Below are positions 9,954 through 20,242 of a stretch of 64,000 nt of DNA, piece by piece. Location: assembly GCA_050950765.1 (NCBI GenBank), contig JBMNIF010000001.1, positions 32,001 to 96,000 of the forward strand, given 5' to 3'. Origin of the DNA: Bdellovibrionota bacterium (lineage in GTDB: Bacteria > Bdellovibrionota_C > UBA2361 > JAAYZI01). Each line of letters starts with the position of its first letter. Position 1 is the first letter of the stretch. A program made the translations under genes and the position numbers. The notes below the pieces were generated by a model. It was not told where the DNA came from, did no database searches, and saw nothing but the letters and a program-made list of their open reading frames with translations.

Positions 9954-10453
9954 AGGAAAAATTTATAAATCAGATGTTTAACAACGTCTCCGCATAACCG
10001 TTATGCAAAAAGCTTACTACCTAAAAGCACTACCTAAAAGAGCCTATGTGTCTTAGCGACACTTCTTCCATATTTCTTAACAGTTATTTTTATTCCTTGA
10101 AAAGGAGTAGTTTGACTTTTCTTGCCTAAATTGCTAATTTTCCGCATCGCCGTAATAGGCTGAAAATTTTTTGTTTATTTAATTATTTGAATATACAAAG
10201 AATTTTAAGAATGTAAGGGGGGTGGTTCTTATAGTGATCTGCGAAAAAAGCGGATGATTATAAGAACTGGTGTCCCTCTTGTGAAGAATGTAGGTTTTTT
10301 ACCTTAGTTTGAGGTTGTGTTATAAGTATGCAGTTGAGTGGACGAGATTATGGCTGCATAATTTTCGGTTATATTTACTGAAGAGCCGCTAAGAAGAGGT
10401 GTTGATTAATCGGAAAGTAAATAATTAGTAAATAATTAGGAGAGCAATAGCAA

Positions 10454-10726
10454 ATGGCTTCTGGAGAGTTCGTTGGAAAACAAGAGTTGATAGCAAAACA
10501 CGGTCGTAGTGAGGGTGATACAGGTTCACCTGAAGTTCAGATTGGTCTTTTGACAAAGCGTCTTGAGATATTGAGCGAGCATTTTAAAAAACATCCGCAA
10601 GATGTTCATAGTAGACGTGGCTTGTTAAAGATCGTTTCTCGCCGCAAAAAATTACTGACATATCTTAAAAATGAAGATATTGCACGTTATCGTGCGGCAT
10701 TAGCAGAGTTTGGTTTGAGAAAGTAA
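10454..10726 (+). CDS. rpsO: 30S ribosomal protein S15
   Basis: DTGSPEVQIGLLT, DVHSRRGLL, GLRK. Confidence 0.98.
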   Translation: MASGEFVGKQELIAKHGRSEGDTGSPEVQIGLLTKRLEILSEHFKKHPQDVHSRRGLLKIVSRRKKLLTYLKNEDIARYRAALAEFGLRK

Positions 10727-10818
10727 GCGAATAACATAGCGCGTCCGTAAATCAATCGGATCGGGGTTATTGTGCGTAAAATGTAAGACCAATAGGCTCG
10801 ATTCATTAGGAGAAAAAT

Positions 10819-12915
10819 ATGGTACTAGTAGAAAGGGAGATCTTTGGTCGTAAAATTTCATTTGAAACTGGAAAAGTCGCCAAACAGGCGAACGGTGCAG
10901 TTATTGTTCGCAGTGGTGATTCTGTTGTTTTGGTTACCGCTGTAATGGGTGGGGAGAAGGATTCTGACTTTCTTCCGCTATCTATTGATTATGTTGAAAA
11001 AACGTATGCCGCTGGAAAAATTCCAGGAGGCTTCTTTAAACGTGAAGGGCGGCAGAGCGAGAGAGAAACGTTAACTTCTCGTTTGATGGATCGTCCGTGT
11101 CGTCCTCTTTTCCCAAAAGGGTTTAATAGAGAAATTCAAGTTATCGCCACAGTGCTTTCTGCTTCTGAGGAGTCTGATACTGATGTGCTTGCGCTTTGTG
11201 GTGCGTCCGCAGCTTTAAGTGTTTCGGATATTCCGTTCGAAGGACCTATCGCAGGTGTTAGGGTTGTACGTATCAACGGAAAGTTGTGTATCAATCCGTC
11301 CATAGCAGATCAAGAGAAAGGTGATATCAATTTTATCCTTGCTGGTTCAAAAGATGCTATCGTTATGGTTGAGGGTGGTGCTAAAGAGGTTCCTGAGTCC
11401 GAAGTGTTGGACGCTCTTTTCTATGCACATCAAGAGCTGCAAGTTTTGATTGAGATGCAAGAAGAGCTTGTTCAGAAAGCTGGTAAGGAAAAGGTTGCTT
11501 TTTCTAAACGTGAGATGGATGCAGCCTTTGTTGCAAACGTTAAAAAATTCCTTGAACCACGCGTAGCAGAAGCGATGGTTGTTAAAGATAAATTACAGAG
11601 ACGTGATGCTGTTAAAGTTATTAAAGACGCTCTTGCTGCTGAATTTATCAAAGAAGAAACTGAAGATCCCGATAGAGTTGCTAGAGATTTGGAAGCTCTT
11701 TATGAAGATGTTGTTTACGATGTTGTGCGTGGGATGGCATTTACTAAAGGGGTGCGTATTGATGGGCGTGATTGTAAAACAGTTCGTCCGATCTCTATTG
11801 AAGTTGGTGTACTTCCGCGAGCTCACGGCTCAGCTCTTTTCACACGTGGAGAGACACAAGGGTTGGTCGTTGCAACCTTAGGTGTAGCGCAAGAAGCTCA
11901 GATAGTTGACACTTTATTCGGCGAAGAGCGGAATTGGTTTATGTTGCATTACAACTTCCCTCCGTTCTCAGTTGGTGAAGTAAAGATGTTGCGTGGTCCA
12001 GGACGACGCGAGATCGGGCACGGTGCATTAGCTGAAAGAGCTATCCGTGCAGTTCTTCCTGATAAAGAAGACTTCCCTTATGTTTTAAGGGTTGTTTCTG
12101 AAATTACGGAATCAAATGGATCAAGTTCAATGGCGACCGTTTGCGGTGCAACCCTCTCTTTGATGGATGCGGGTGTGCCGATTAAAGCTCCTGTGGCGGG
12201 TGTAGCGATGGGGCTGATGAAGCAAGGTGATCACTCCATTATTTTAACCGATATCTTAGGTGATGAAGATCACCTTGGTGATATGGACTTTAAGGTCTGC
12301 GGTACGAGAACTGGTGTGACAGCTCTGCAGATGGATATTAAGATCTCGGGGCTTGATAAAGATACCTTTACAAAAGCTTTAGCGCAGGCGCGTGAAGGTA
12401 GGATCTCGATCTTGGATAAGATAGAGGCTGCTATTTCAGAACCGAGACAAGATCTAAGTAGACATGCACCGAGGATCGTTACGATGAAGGTCAAATCCGA
12501 TAAGGTTAAGGATGTGATCGGACCAGGGGGCAAAACAATTAGATCGATCGTTGAATCGCATCAAGTTAAAGTTGATGTCTCTGATGATGGAACCGTGACG
12601 GTTTCTGGTAATGATGCTGAACAGATTAAAGCAGCTGTTACTATTATTGAGAGTTTGACGGCTGAAGCTGAAGTCGGAAAGATCTATCACGGCCTCGTAA
12701 AGAGGGTTGCTGATTTCGGTGCTTTTGTAGAGATCCTTCCAGGGGTTGACGGTTTAGTTCATATCTCTCAGTTAGCTGATGAGAGAGTCAATCGTGTTGA
12801 GGATATCTTAAGAGAAGGTGATGAAGTGATGGTTAAAGTTCTTGAAGTTGATCGTCAAGGAAAGATCAGACTTTCTCGTAAAGAGGCTTTGGCTGAATTA
12901 GAGCAACAAGGATAG
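10819..12915 (+). CDS. pnp: Polyribonucleotide nucleotidyltransferase
   Basis: AAGKIPGGFFKREG, SNGSSSMA, EDHLGDMDFKV, KH and S1 domains; follows rpsO. Confidence 0.98.
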   Translation: MVLVEREIFGRKISFETGKVAKQANGAVIVRSGDSVVLVTAVMGGEKDSDFLPLSIDYVEKTYAAGKIPGGFFKREGRQSERETLTSRLMDRPCRPLFPKGFNREIQVIATVLSASEESDTDVLALCGASAALSVSDIPFEGPIAGVRVVRINGKLCINPSIADQEKGDINFILAGSKDAIVMVEGGAKEVPESEVLDALFYAHQELQVLIEMQEELVQKAGKEKVAFSKREMDAAFVANVKKFLEPRVAEAMVVKDKLQRRDAVKVIKDALAAEFIKEETEDPDRVARDLEALYEDVVYDVVRGMAFTKGVRIDGRDCKTVRPISIEVGVLPRAHGSALFTRGETQGLVVATLGVAQEAQIVDTLFGEERNWFMLHYNFPPFSVGEVKMLRGPGRREIGHGALAERAIRAVLPDKEDFPYVLRVVSEITESNGSSSMATVCGATLSLMDAGVPIKAPVAGVAMGLMKQGDHSIILTDILGDEDHLGDMDFKVCGTRTGVTALQMDIKISGLDKDTFTKALAQAREGRISILDKIEAAISEPRQDLSRHAPRIVTMKVKSDKVKDVIGPGGKTIRSIVESHQVKVDVSDDGTVTVSGNDAEQIKAAVTIIESLTAEAEVGKIYHGLVKRVADFGAFVEILPGVDGLVHISQLADERVNRVEDILREGDEVMVKVLEVDRQGKIRLSRKEALAELEQQG

Positions 12916-12941
12916 AACGACCTGTTTTTGATCGCTTTTTA

Positions 12942-12990
12942 GAGGGGGGTAAGGATCTTAAACGGTTCTTCCCCCCTTAAGTTTTTTCTT
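12942..12990 (+). terminator. Intrinsic terminator after pnp
   Basis: GAGGGGGG...CCCCCCTT stem followed by a T run. Confidence 0.7.
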
Positions 12991-13023
12991 TTGAGTTATT
13001 TGGATTTTTAAAAGGAGTTCATT

Positions 13024-13485
13024 ATGTCTGAAGATCATGAGTGTTGTTATTGTTGTGATGATCCTGATCTGCAAGTGCACTTAAGTGCAGGAGCTGATTT
13101 TCAAGCACCACGTTCGGGAGACGCTGGATTTGATCTAAGAGCTCTTGAGGATGCAGTTATTAATCCGAATGAACAACTTCTTGTAGCAACTGGTGTGCGT
13201 GTAGCAATACCGCAGGGGTGGGTTGGAATTGTGAAGGACCGTAGTAGTATGGCGTTGAAGCAGATCTATACGCATGCTGGTGTAATTGATGCGGCTTATC
13301 GTGGAGAGGTTAAGATAGTTCTTTCAAATGCCGGAGCAACGCCGTATGTTATAGAAAAAGGCGCAAAGATTGCGCAGATGGTAGTTGTGCCGTGTCTTAC
13401 AAAATGTGTCACCGTTGAAAATATTGAGGACTTAGGAGAAACAGAAAGAGGCGCAGGCGGCTTCGGCTCCACAGGAGTAAATTAA
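13024..13485 (+). CDS. dut: dUTP diphosphatase
   Basis: AGFDL, RSS, GVIDAAYRGE, IAQMV, RGAGGFGSTG. Confidence 0.96.
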   Translation: MSEDHECCYCCDDPDLQVHLSAGADFQAPRSGDAGFDLRALEDAVINPNEQLLVATGVRVAIPQGWVGIVKDRSSMALKQIYTHAGVIDAAYRGEVKIVLSNAGATPYVIEKGAKIAQMVVVPCLTKCVTVENIEDLGETERGAGGFGSTGVN

Positions 13486-13613
13486 ATAGGTGCTGCTTCA
13501 GCTTTTCTCTTAAAACATAAAAATATGAAATAAGATATTTGCGAATCAAAGGAGAAAGGTGTTTATTTAGCTTAAACGGAAGGTATGCAACAACTTTAAT
13601 TGGACTAAGCAAA

Positions 13614-14507
13614 ATGAAGTTTGATAAGAATTATATTAACTTATTTTTTTCAGCCATCTGTTTTGGTCTCATCATCTTTGGTGGTGATGTTATGAAAAGA
13701 AACGGATTCTCGCTTTTTGAGGTCCTAGCTGTTCCAGTTATTATTATCTCTCTTTTTACTTTCCCCGTTGCCAGAAAAGATTTTGGAAAAATTTTAAGGT
13801 GCAATCCTATTATCTGTATTTTTTATTGTCTCTGTTCGACAGTAGCTTGTTTTGGGCAATTTGCCGCTATATTTAGTGGCTTATCAGTTTCTCTTACAGC
13901 ATTCCTACTTTATACACAGCCTCTTTGGACGATCATGCTTGGTGTGTTATTTTTTCATGAACGGTTAAAAAAAATAGATGTTTTAATCGTTACTATTATG
14001 ATTCTTGGATTAGTGTTCTTAATCCAACCGTGGAAGGATTTCTCATATTCAATAGCAGGTGTGCTGTGGGGGTTGTCATCTGGTATCTTAATGTCGGTAT
14101 GGATCATTTTAAGTGCATATTTTTCTAAGAGAGATGTTCATCCGATCTCGTTAGTATTTTTTTCCTATTCATGTATGCTTATACCATTATTGATAGTAGT
14201 TCTTTTCTTCTCTTCCCAATTGGAGCCCCATCCGGAACTTTATAAATTTACGTTTTTTACAATGGGTTGGAAAAAAATTACTTGTGTCGTCTTATATGCC
14301 ATCTTCGCATATGTGCTGGGTAATTATTTATTTTTTAAGGCATCCAAAACAATCCCGAGCATTCATTTAGGGCTTTTTGTTTTGATGGAGCCCATAGTTG
14401 CAACAATGCTTGATGTTATTTTTCTAGGTACATCTTTAACCTTAAATGCAATCGTTGGAAGTTCACTTATTTTATTGGGAAATATCTTAATAGTGTTGAA
14501 AGAATAG
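13614..14507 (+). CDS. EamA/DMT family transporter, copy 1
   Basis: Multiple TM helices, LLYTQPLWT, LMEPIVAT; start chosen by alignment to copy 2. Confidence 0.88.
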   Translation: MKFDKNYINLFFSAICFGLIIFGGDVMKRNGFSLFEVLAVPVIIISLFTFPVARKDFGKILRCNPIICIFYCLCSTVACFGQFAAIFSGLSVSLTAFLLYTQPLWTIMLGVLFFHERLKKIDVLIVTIMILGLVFLIQPWKDFSYSIAGVLWGLSSGILMSVWIILSAYFSKRDVHPISLVFFSYSCMLIPLLIVVLFFSSQLEPHPELYKFTFFTMGWKKITCVVLYAIFAYVLGNYLFFKASKTIPSIHLGLFVLMEPIVATMLDVIFLGTSLTLNAIVGSSLILLGNILIVLKE

Positions 14508-14721
14508 GGCGGTGTAGCAATCTAGTGCTCCTCTGGCAATCAGTTGAAATAAAATTTATTGCCAATTATGGAACGAAGCGTTATTACACACAAAAAATAG
14601 AATAAAAAATTGTGTCAAAACGTAAAAATATGAAATAAGATATCTGCGAATAAAAGGAGAAAGGTGTTTATTTAGTTAGGTAAAACAAAAGCATACAGCA
14701 GCTTTAATTGGACTAAGCAAG

Positions 14722-15612
14722 ATGAAGTTTGATAAGAATTATATTATTTTAATTTTATCAGCTATCTGTTATGGCCTCATCACTTTTGGTGGCGGTGTTA
14801 TGAGGCAAAATGGATTTTCACTTTTTGAAGTATTGGCTTCTGCAATTGTTATCGTGCCTCTTCTTACTTTTTCAGTTGCTAGAAAAGGTTTTAAAAATTT
14901 TTTTAAGTGTAATATTTTTATCTGTATTTTATTTTGCCTCTCTTCAACATTATCTTTTATAGGAGAGCTCGCCCCTCTGTTTTGTGGCTTATCAGTTTCT
15001 CTTACAGCATTTTTACTTTATACACAGCCTCTTTGGACGATCATGCTTGGAGTGTTGTTTTTTCATGAACGGTTAAAAAAAATAGATGTTTTAATCGTTA
15101 CTATTATGATTCTTGGATTAGTACTCTTAATCCAACCGTGGAAGGATTTCTCATATTCAATAATAGGTATATTTTTAGGGCTATTGGGAGGTATTTCACT
15201 GTCAGGATGGGTCATTTTAAGCGCGTATTTTTCTAAGAGAGATGTTCATCCGATGACGCTAGTATTTTTTACATATGCCTGCATGATACCGCTATTATTT
15301 ATTGTTTTTCTCCCCCCCCCCCAATTAGGATCATATCCAGAACTCTTTAAGCTTACATTTTTCACAATGGGTTGGAAAAAAAATACCTATGTCATCTTAT
15401 ATGTCATCGTTGCATATGTGCTGGGTAATTATTTATTTTTTAAGGCATCCAAAACAATCCCGAGTATTCATTTAGGGTTTTTTATTTTGATGGAGCCCAT
15501 AGTTGCAACAATGCTTGATGTTATTTTTCTAGGTACATCTTTAACCTTAAATGCAATCGTTGGAAGTTCACTTATTTTATTGGGAAATATCTTAATAGTG
15601 CTGAAAGAATAG
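14722..15612 (+). CDS. EamA/DMT family transporter, copy 2 (tandem duplicate)
   Basis: Long stretches identical to copy 1; upstream region also similar. Confidence 0.88.
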   Translation: MKFDKNYIILILSAICYGLITFGGGVMRQNGFSLFEVLASAIVIVPLLTFSVARKGFKNFFKCNIFICILFCLSSTLSFIGELAPLFCGLSVSLTAFLLYTQPLWTIMLGVLFFHERLKKIDVLIVTIMILGLVLLIQPWKDFSYSIIGIFLGLLGGISLSGWVILSAYFSKRDVHPMTLVFFTYACMIPLLFIVFLPPPQLGSYPELFKLTFFTMGWKKNTYVILYVIVAYVLGNYLFFKASKTIPSIHLGFFILMEPIVATMLDVIFLGTSLTLNAIVGSSLILLGNILIVLKE

Positions 15613-15652
15613 CTGGTGCTACCCATCAACAGAGGCTAAGATCATGCTACTG

Positions 15653-15688
15653 GACAGCTCTATAATGATGCTGCTATGAATTACAACA
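15653..15688 (+). pseudogene. lemA 3' remnant
   Basis: GACAGCTCTATAATGATGCTGCTATGAATTACAACA matches lemA 27464-27499. Confidence 0.65.
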
Positions 15689-15723
15689 TTAAATATTAGA
15701 AGGGTGGCACCAGATTACGGGAA

Positions 15724-16722
15724 ATGAAAAATTTTTTTGAACATCAAGAAAAAGCCAAAAACTATACGTTCTATCTATTGTTGTGTTGTCTTGTTACAAC
15801 AATAATCACAGCTCTTACCGTATCTCACGGAGTGTTGGGTCTTTTTTTATGCCTCGATAATAGTGAAGATATCAATTTATATTCGCAAGATTATCATCAG
15901 GCGATAGTTTTAATAAGTTGCATAGTAGTATTTATAATCTGTTGTGGTTCTCTTTATAAGATCTTTCAACTGTCAAAAGGTGGAAAAGTTGTCGCTAAAT
16001 TATTGGGTGGTACTTTAATTCCGACAGACACGCAGGATCCAAAGTTAAAAATGGTTTTAAATGTTGTGGAAGAGATGGCTATCGCTTCCAGTATTCAAAC
16101 CCCTCCCGTTTATTACCTTCCGAAAGAAGCTGGAATAAATGCCTTTGCCGCTGGATTTTCTACTGAAGATGCCATTGTTGCAGTAACTCAAGGTTGTATC
16201 GATAATCTATCTCGTGATGAGTTGCAGGGGGTGATCGCACACGAGTTTAGCCATATCTTTAATGGTGATATGCGTTTGAATATCCGATTGATGGGGCTTG
16301 TTCATGGGTTTTTGCTACTGTATTTAATCGGATGGTCAATATTAAGATTTATGCCACGCACAAGAAAGCGTGATAGTGATAGTAAAAGTGGTGCGCTTGT
16401 TTTTATTGTAGCTGTTGCGCTGCTTTTAATCGTTCTGGGCTCTATAAGCGCCTTTTTGGGGAATATAATCAAAGCCTCTATCTCTAGGCAGAGGGAGTTT
16501 TTAGCAGATGCGACTGCCGTGCAGTATACCAGAAACCCCGAAGGGATAGGAGGTGCCTTGAAAAAAATTCAGCTTTTAGCTGAAGGGTCTGAAATTAAAG
16601 CGCCTCATGCAAAAGAGGCAAGCCATATGTTCTTCTCGAATAATTTTAATGGTCTCTGCAAACGGCTATTAGCTACGCATCCGCCATTAGAGGAGCGTAT
16701 TCAAAGAATACTTACGCGCTAA
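15724..16722 (+). CDS. M48 family (HtpX-like) zinc metalloprotease
   Basis: INAFAAG, AHEFSH, RQREFLADA, THPPLEERI. Confidence 0.93.
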   Translation: MKNFFEHQEKAKNYTFYLLLCCLVTTIITALTVSHGVLGLFLCLDNSEDINLYSQDYHQAIVLISCIVVFIICCGSLYKIFQLSKGGKVVAKLLGGTLIPTDTQDPKLKMVLNVVEEMAIASSIQTPPVYYLPKEAGINAFAAGFSTEDAIVAVTQGCIDNLSRDELQGVIAHEFSHIFNGDMRLNIRLMGLVHGFLLLYLIGWSILRFMPRTRKRDSDSKSGALVFIVAVALLLIVLGSISAFLGNIIKASISRQREFLADATAVQYTRNPEGIGGALKKIQLLAEGSEIKAPHAKEASHMFFSNNFNGLCKRLLATHPPLEERIQRILTR

Positions 16723-16980
16723 AATTTAGGATGAGGTTTTGGATAAAATTTTGCTATCATCTACTGATTTAATAAAACCGCCAAAGATGAGTAATAAGCT
16801 TTTTTGTAAGTAAGAGTTAGAGTTGTGGCTAGTTTTAAAGAAGCTTATGAGGCGCTTTTAGGTATGGGATATGGAGAGGTGAATTATTTTATTGAAAGGA
16901 AAGGGCATAGTTATAAGATTAAAGATGTGCTAAAGCTTTTGTGATATATTTTTCATTTTTTAAATAGGGGAGAATGTAAA

Positions 16981-17544
16981 ATGAAAAAAGTTGTTGTTGT
17001 TTCTGGAAGCAAACGAAAAGGGAATACACTTGGTCTCGCTAACATTTATATCTCTGAGTTTGATAAAAGAGGTTATGAAACAAAGTTAATTGATCTGAGT
17101 TCTTTGACACTTAATTTTTGCGATGGTTGTTTAGAATGTGAAAAGCCTGAACATTTATGTAAAATAGATGATGGTTTTGAAAAAATAATCTCTGATCTAA
17201 AGGCTGCTGATTTAGTAATATTTGGAACGCCAACAAGATGGAATTTACTTAGTGGAGAATTAAAGTGTTTCATCGAGCGCCTTAATCCCTGTGCAGCAAT
17301 AGACGGGTACGCAGATAAGAATGTTTTTATATATGCACTTGGTATGTGTGGTGAAGAAGATAAAGAGTCTATCGATTATGCCATTAATAGCGTACGCATT
17401 TTTGCAGAACAAGCTCAGATGAACGTACTTGGAACTCAAGCTTTCTTAAATCTTTGTGGGGCTGAAGATTATCTTGATAATGCTGATGCTCTTAGAGAGA
17501 TATGTGCAGATAATGTTGAGATGCTTTGTGAGAAAATTAAATAA
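16981..17544 (+). CDS. Flavodoxin/iron-sulfur flavoprotein family (NADPH-dependent FMN reductase-like)
   Basis: GSKRKGNT, CDGCLEC...C, GTPTRW, KCFIERL. Confidence 0.85.
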   Translation: MKKVVVVSGSKRKGNTLGLANIYISEFDKRGYETKLIDLSSLTLNFCDGCLECEKPEHLCKIDDGFEKIISDLKAADLVIFGTPTRWNLLSGELKCFIERLNPCAAIDGYADKNVFIYALGMCGEEDKESIDYAINSVRIFAEQAQMNVLGTQAFLNLCGAEDYLDNADALREICADNVEMLCEKIK

Positions 17545-17693
17545 GAAAATCTAGTATTAAAATGAGTTAAGATAAATACGCGCAGTTTTCTCTTCCTTAT
17601 AGCATATAAGTTTGACTTAGATAGTGAGGCATCCTTTTATAAAGTTAAGAACATAATTATTGCATTAAAAATACCTAAAATAGTTAAGCAAGT

Positions 17694-18417
17694 ATGTATT
17701 ATACAATATATGATAAATGGGCAAAGTGCTACGACCCTAAAAACAAGGAGATGCAAGTTTTAGCTGAGCTTGGGATAGACTTTCATGATAAAAAGGTGCT
17801 TGAAGTTGGAGCTGGAACTGGGAGATTTACACAAAGGATTTTACCATTTTGTAAAGAAATAGTTTGTGTTGACCCAGATGACGAAGCGCTTTTAGTTTTG
17901 AGAGATAATATAAGCGATAAGAGAGTAAGTGTTTTGAAGGGGACGATTGAAACGGTACCTTTGAAAAAAGAGTATTTTGATTACGCAGTTTATTTATGGT
18001 CGATGCATTTAATAGACGAAAAAGAAAAGGTTCTTCAAATCTGTTATGATTCTCTAATCAGGGGAGGTTGTGTCGTTATTTTACAAGCGATTTCTGGAGA
18101 TTATGAAAAAGAAAAAAATAGATTATATAGCAAGTATGATATGATGGATGTGTATGACACGACGTGTGAGGATTTGATTAAAGTGCTTGAAAAAGTGTTT
18201 GGAAGAGTAACTTGTGACACATTAAATACTTTTTTTTTCTTTTGATAGCATTGACCAAGTCGTTGAACCCACCGTTTCTTTTGTTGCGGACGAGGACGGA
18301 GAGCCACCTAGTGAAATTGCGATAAATTCCTTAAGGGATAGACTCTCTTCATACGTAACCCCTGAAGGCAATATAAAAATGTCGGATACCGTGTCGATTT
18401 TTATAGCTTATAAGTAA
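17694..18417 (+). pseudogene. Class I SAM methyltransferase, frameshifted at a T9 tract
   Basis: VLEVGAGTGRFT. The ORF stops at 18245; removing one T from 18230-18238 extends it to TAA at 18417. Confidence 0.7.
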
Positions 18418-18786
18418 AAAGCTTTCTTTTTAAATCAGATTTCTATCTCGTTTAAAGGACAAATGTTAACCTACAATTTTTTGAAACTTTGGTATAATTA
18501 AGTGGGCTTTGCTAGAAAAGCTGGCGATCTGTTTTTGATGGCTAAACACTTTTTTGCTTATCAATTTTTAACTAAGACTGTTGAAAATAGGGGAAAGCAA
18601 CGGAGAATATCTTTCTTAATAATTATGTGCTCTGTTTTACCTGTGTGCCTAAAACTGCAAGGTGGTATCAGATTATGACACGTCAGATCTTAAATATCTT
18701 GAAGATTTTTATTCTAAATTAAAAATTAAGATGTAATTCTTTGGAGAAAAGCACGCAGCTCATAGATAATAAATATAAGATTAAAA

Positions 18787-18869
18787 AGGTTAGAGAGCCA
18801 CACGACAAACACTTGAAACCATCAAGCGAGTCATGGAGTTGTGAATAACTCTGTGACTCTCTAACCTTT
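18787..18869 (-). terminator. Long hairpin downstream of ORF 18910-19650
   Basis: AGGTTAGAGAG...CTCTCTAACCT arms, T run on the minus strand. Confidence 0.55.
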
Positions 18870-18909
18870 ATTCTAAGTTTCTACTGGGAATCCACCACCG
18901 TTCGATGGT

Positions 18910-19650
18910 CTACGCGGCGAGAGTAGTGTCAGCGGGAGTAGTGTTAGTCGGTTCTCGCTCTTCGTCGTCTTGTAGAGGGCAGCAAAAAGCTTCAACGCAC
19001 AGCGCGAAAAACTCAAGTATCGCAAGCGCTTCTTCCAGTGTAAGCTTTTTGGCGACAGAAAGAAGGTCTCGCAGGCATTGATTGAGAGATTTGCTGGAAT
19101 CCTTATTGTGGGACCCTTCACTGAGGGAGTGCATCATTGCCAGCACAGTGAGGGAGTCCATTATTGCCAGCAACATCATTGGCTCAATCTCCAGCACGTA
19201 CTTAAGCGTAGCAGGCGAGAATGTAATTTTGGTCAATAGGTCTCTAAGGCGTTTAAGCATTTCTGGATCGCTTATTGGTACACGAGGCGCTAGTTCGACT
19301 TCGTCACCCTTTAAGAGTGTCCCATACCCCCCATTGTTATACCGCTCAAGGGGGCACTCTTTGTTACCAGTATATTCGCTAGTTTTAATAGCGAGTATAA
19401 CGGCCGCCAAGGGAGGAAGTGTGGATGCGCCGTACTGTTTCACCGTCTGCTTCAGCCACTCCACTACCCGTTTCTGCACCATTGACACTTTTAGTGCCAT
19501 TGACGCTGCTGTAATCTTATCGACGTTACTTTTCGACAGCGGAAGCGAAGCGGCACTCTCCAGAGCTTTTAGCCACTTTTCCACCTGTCGTTCTGCGTTT
19601 TCCAACGCCCTTTCCAGCAATTCCATTGCTTTTTTTCCTTGATCTTGCAT
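18910..19650 (-). CDS. Hypothetical protein
   Basis: 246-aa ORF with AAGGAG RBS; visibly more GC-rich than neighbours; no recognisable motif. Confidence 0.7.
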   Translation of the reverse strand: MQDQGKKAMELLERALENAERQVEKWLKALESAASLPLSKSNVDKITAASMALKVSMVQKRVVEWLKQTVKQYGASTLPPLAAVILAIKTSEYTGNKECPLERYNNGGYGTLLKGDEVELAPRVPISDPEMLKRLRDLLTKITFSPATLKYVLEIEPMMLLAIMDSLTVLAMMHSLSEGSHNKDSSKSLNQCLRDLLSVAKKLTLEEALAILEFFALCVEAFCCPLQDDEEREPTNTTPADTTLAA

Positions 19651-20167
19651 TGCTGCAATCTCCTTTTACTAGAGGTTAACGAAATAGCTCCCGTGGTATT
19701 AACTCCACAGGGGCTGTCATAAGGACAAAAGAGATGCACGCAAGCATTAAAAACCTTTTCTAAAAATTACCTTTATTTTTGCCGTGTGCTCTCTCATCAC
19801 AGAAATATAAATAACTGTCATGCGAGAGCACTTCGATTTTTCTCTTCTACTTAACCAAATTTTTTTAATCTTCAGAAAGAAGATCTCCAGTAAGATTTTA
19901 TTCCATTCCCTTTTCTTAGTCTAATTTTAATTCTCCCCAAAATAACACCCACTTCTAAGCAAGCCCTAAAAACCGTTAATGACCTTAAATTATTATATTA
20001 ATTTAATTACGAAGTTTTGCTGTTTTAATTGGAGAGGCGCATTAGAGAGCAGGAAGTACTAACCCCTTTTGCAAGACAACTATCGTTTAGATTGGGCGTT
20101 TAGATTGGGGCTTTGGTTGTTAAGAAGTTGTTAAGAGGAATTGAAAAAAGAAAATATTTAAAGAGAG

Positions 20168-20205
20168 AAAAAATTAGGAGGCTGGTAGTAAATCCCAGCC
20201 TCTAG
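20168..20205 (-). terminator. Terminator after lemA (minus strand)
   Basis: GAGGCTGG...CCAGCCTC stem with A-rich left flank. Confidence 0.6.
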
Positions 20206-20242
20206 CCGTCAAGGAGGGTGAGTAGTACCAGACTCCCTCTGC

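Noticed and set aside
16810..16944. Possible C-terminal remnant of a PHP-family phosphatase (FKEAYEALLGMGY..YF..RK)
   Set aside because: Too short to support without a search.
19082..19642. 186-aa antisense ORF (and similar shadow ORFs in pyk, pgm, pnp)
   Set aside because: Antisense shadows of real genes, with no RBS or motifs.
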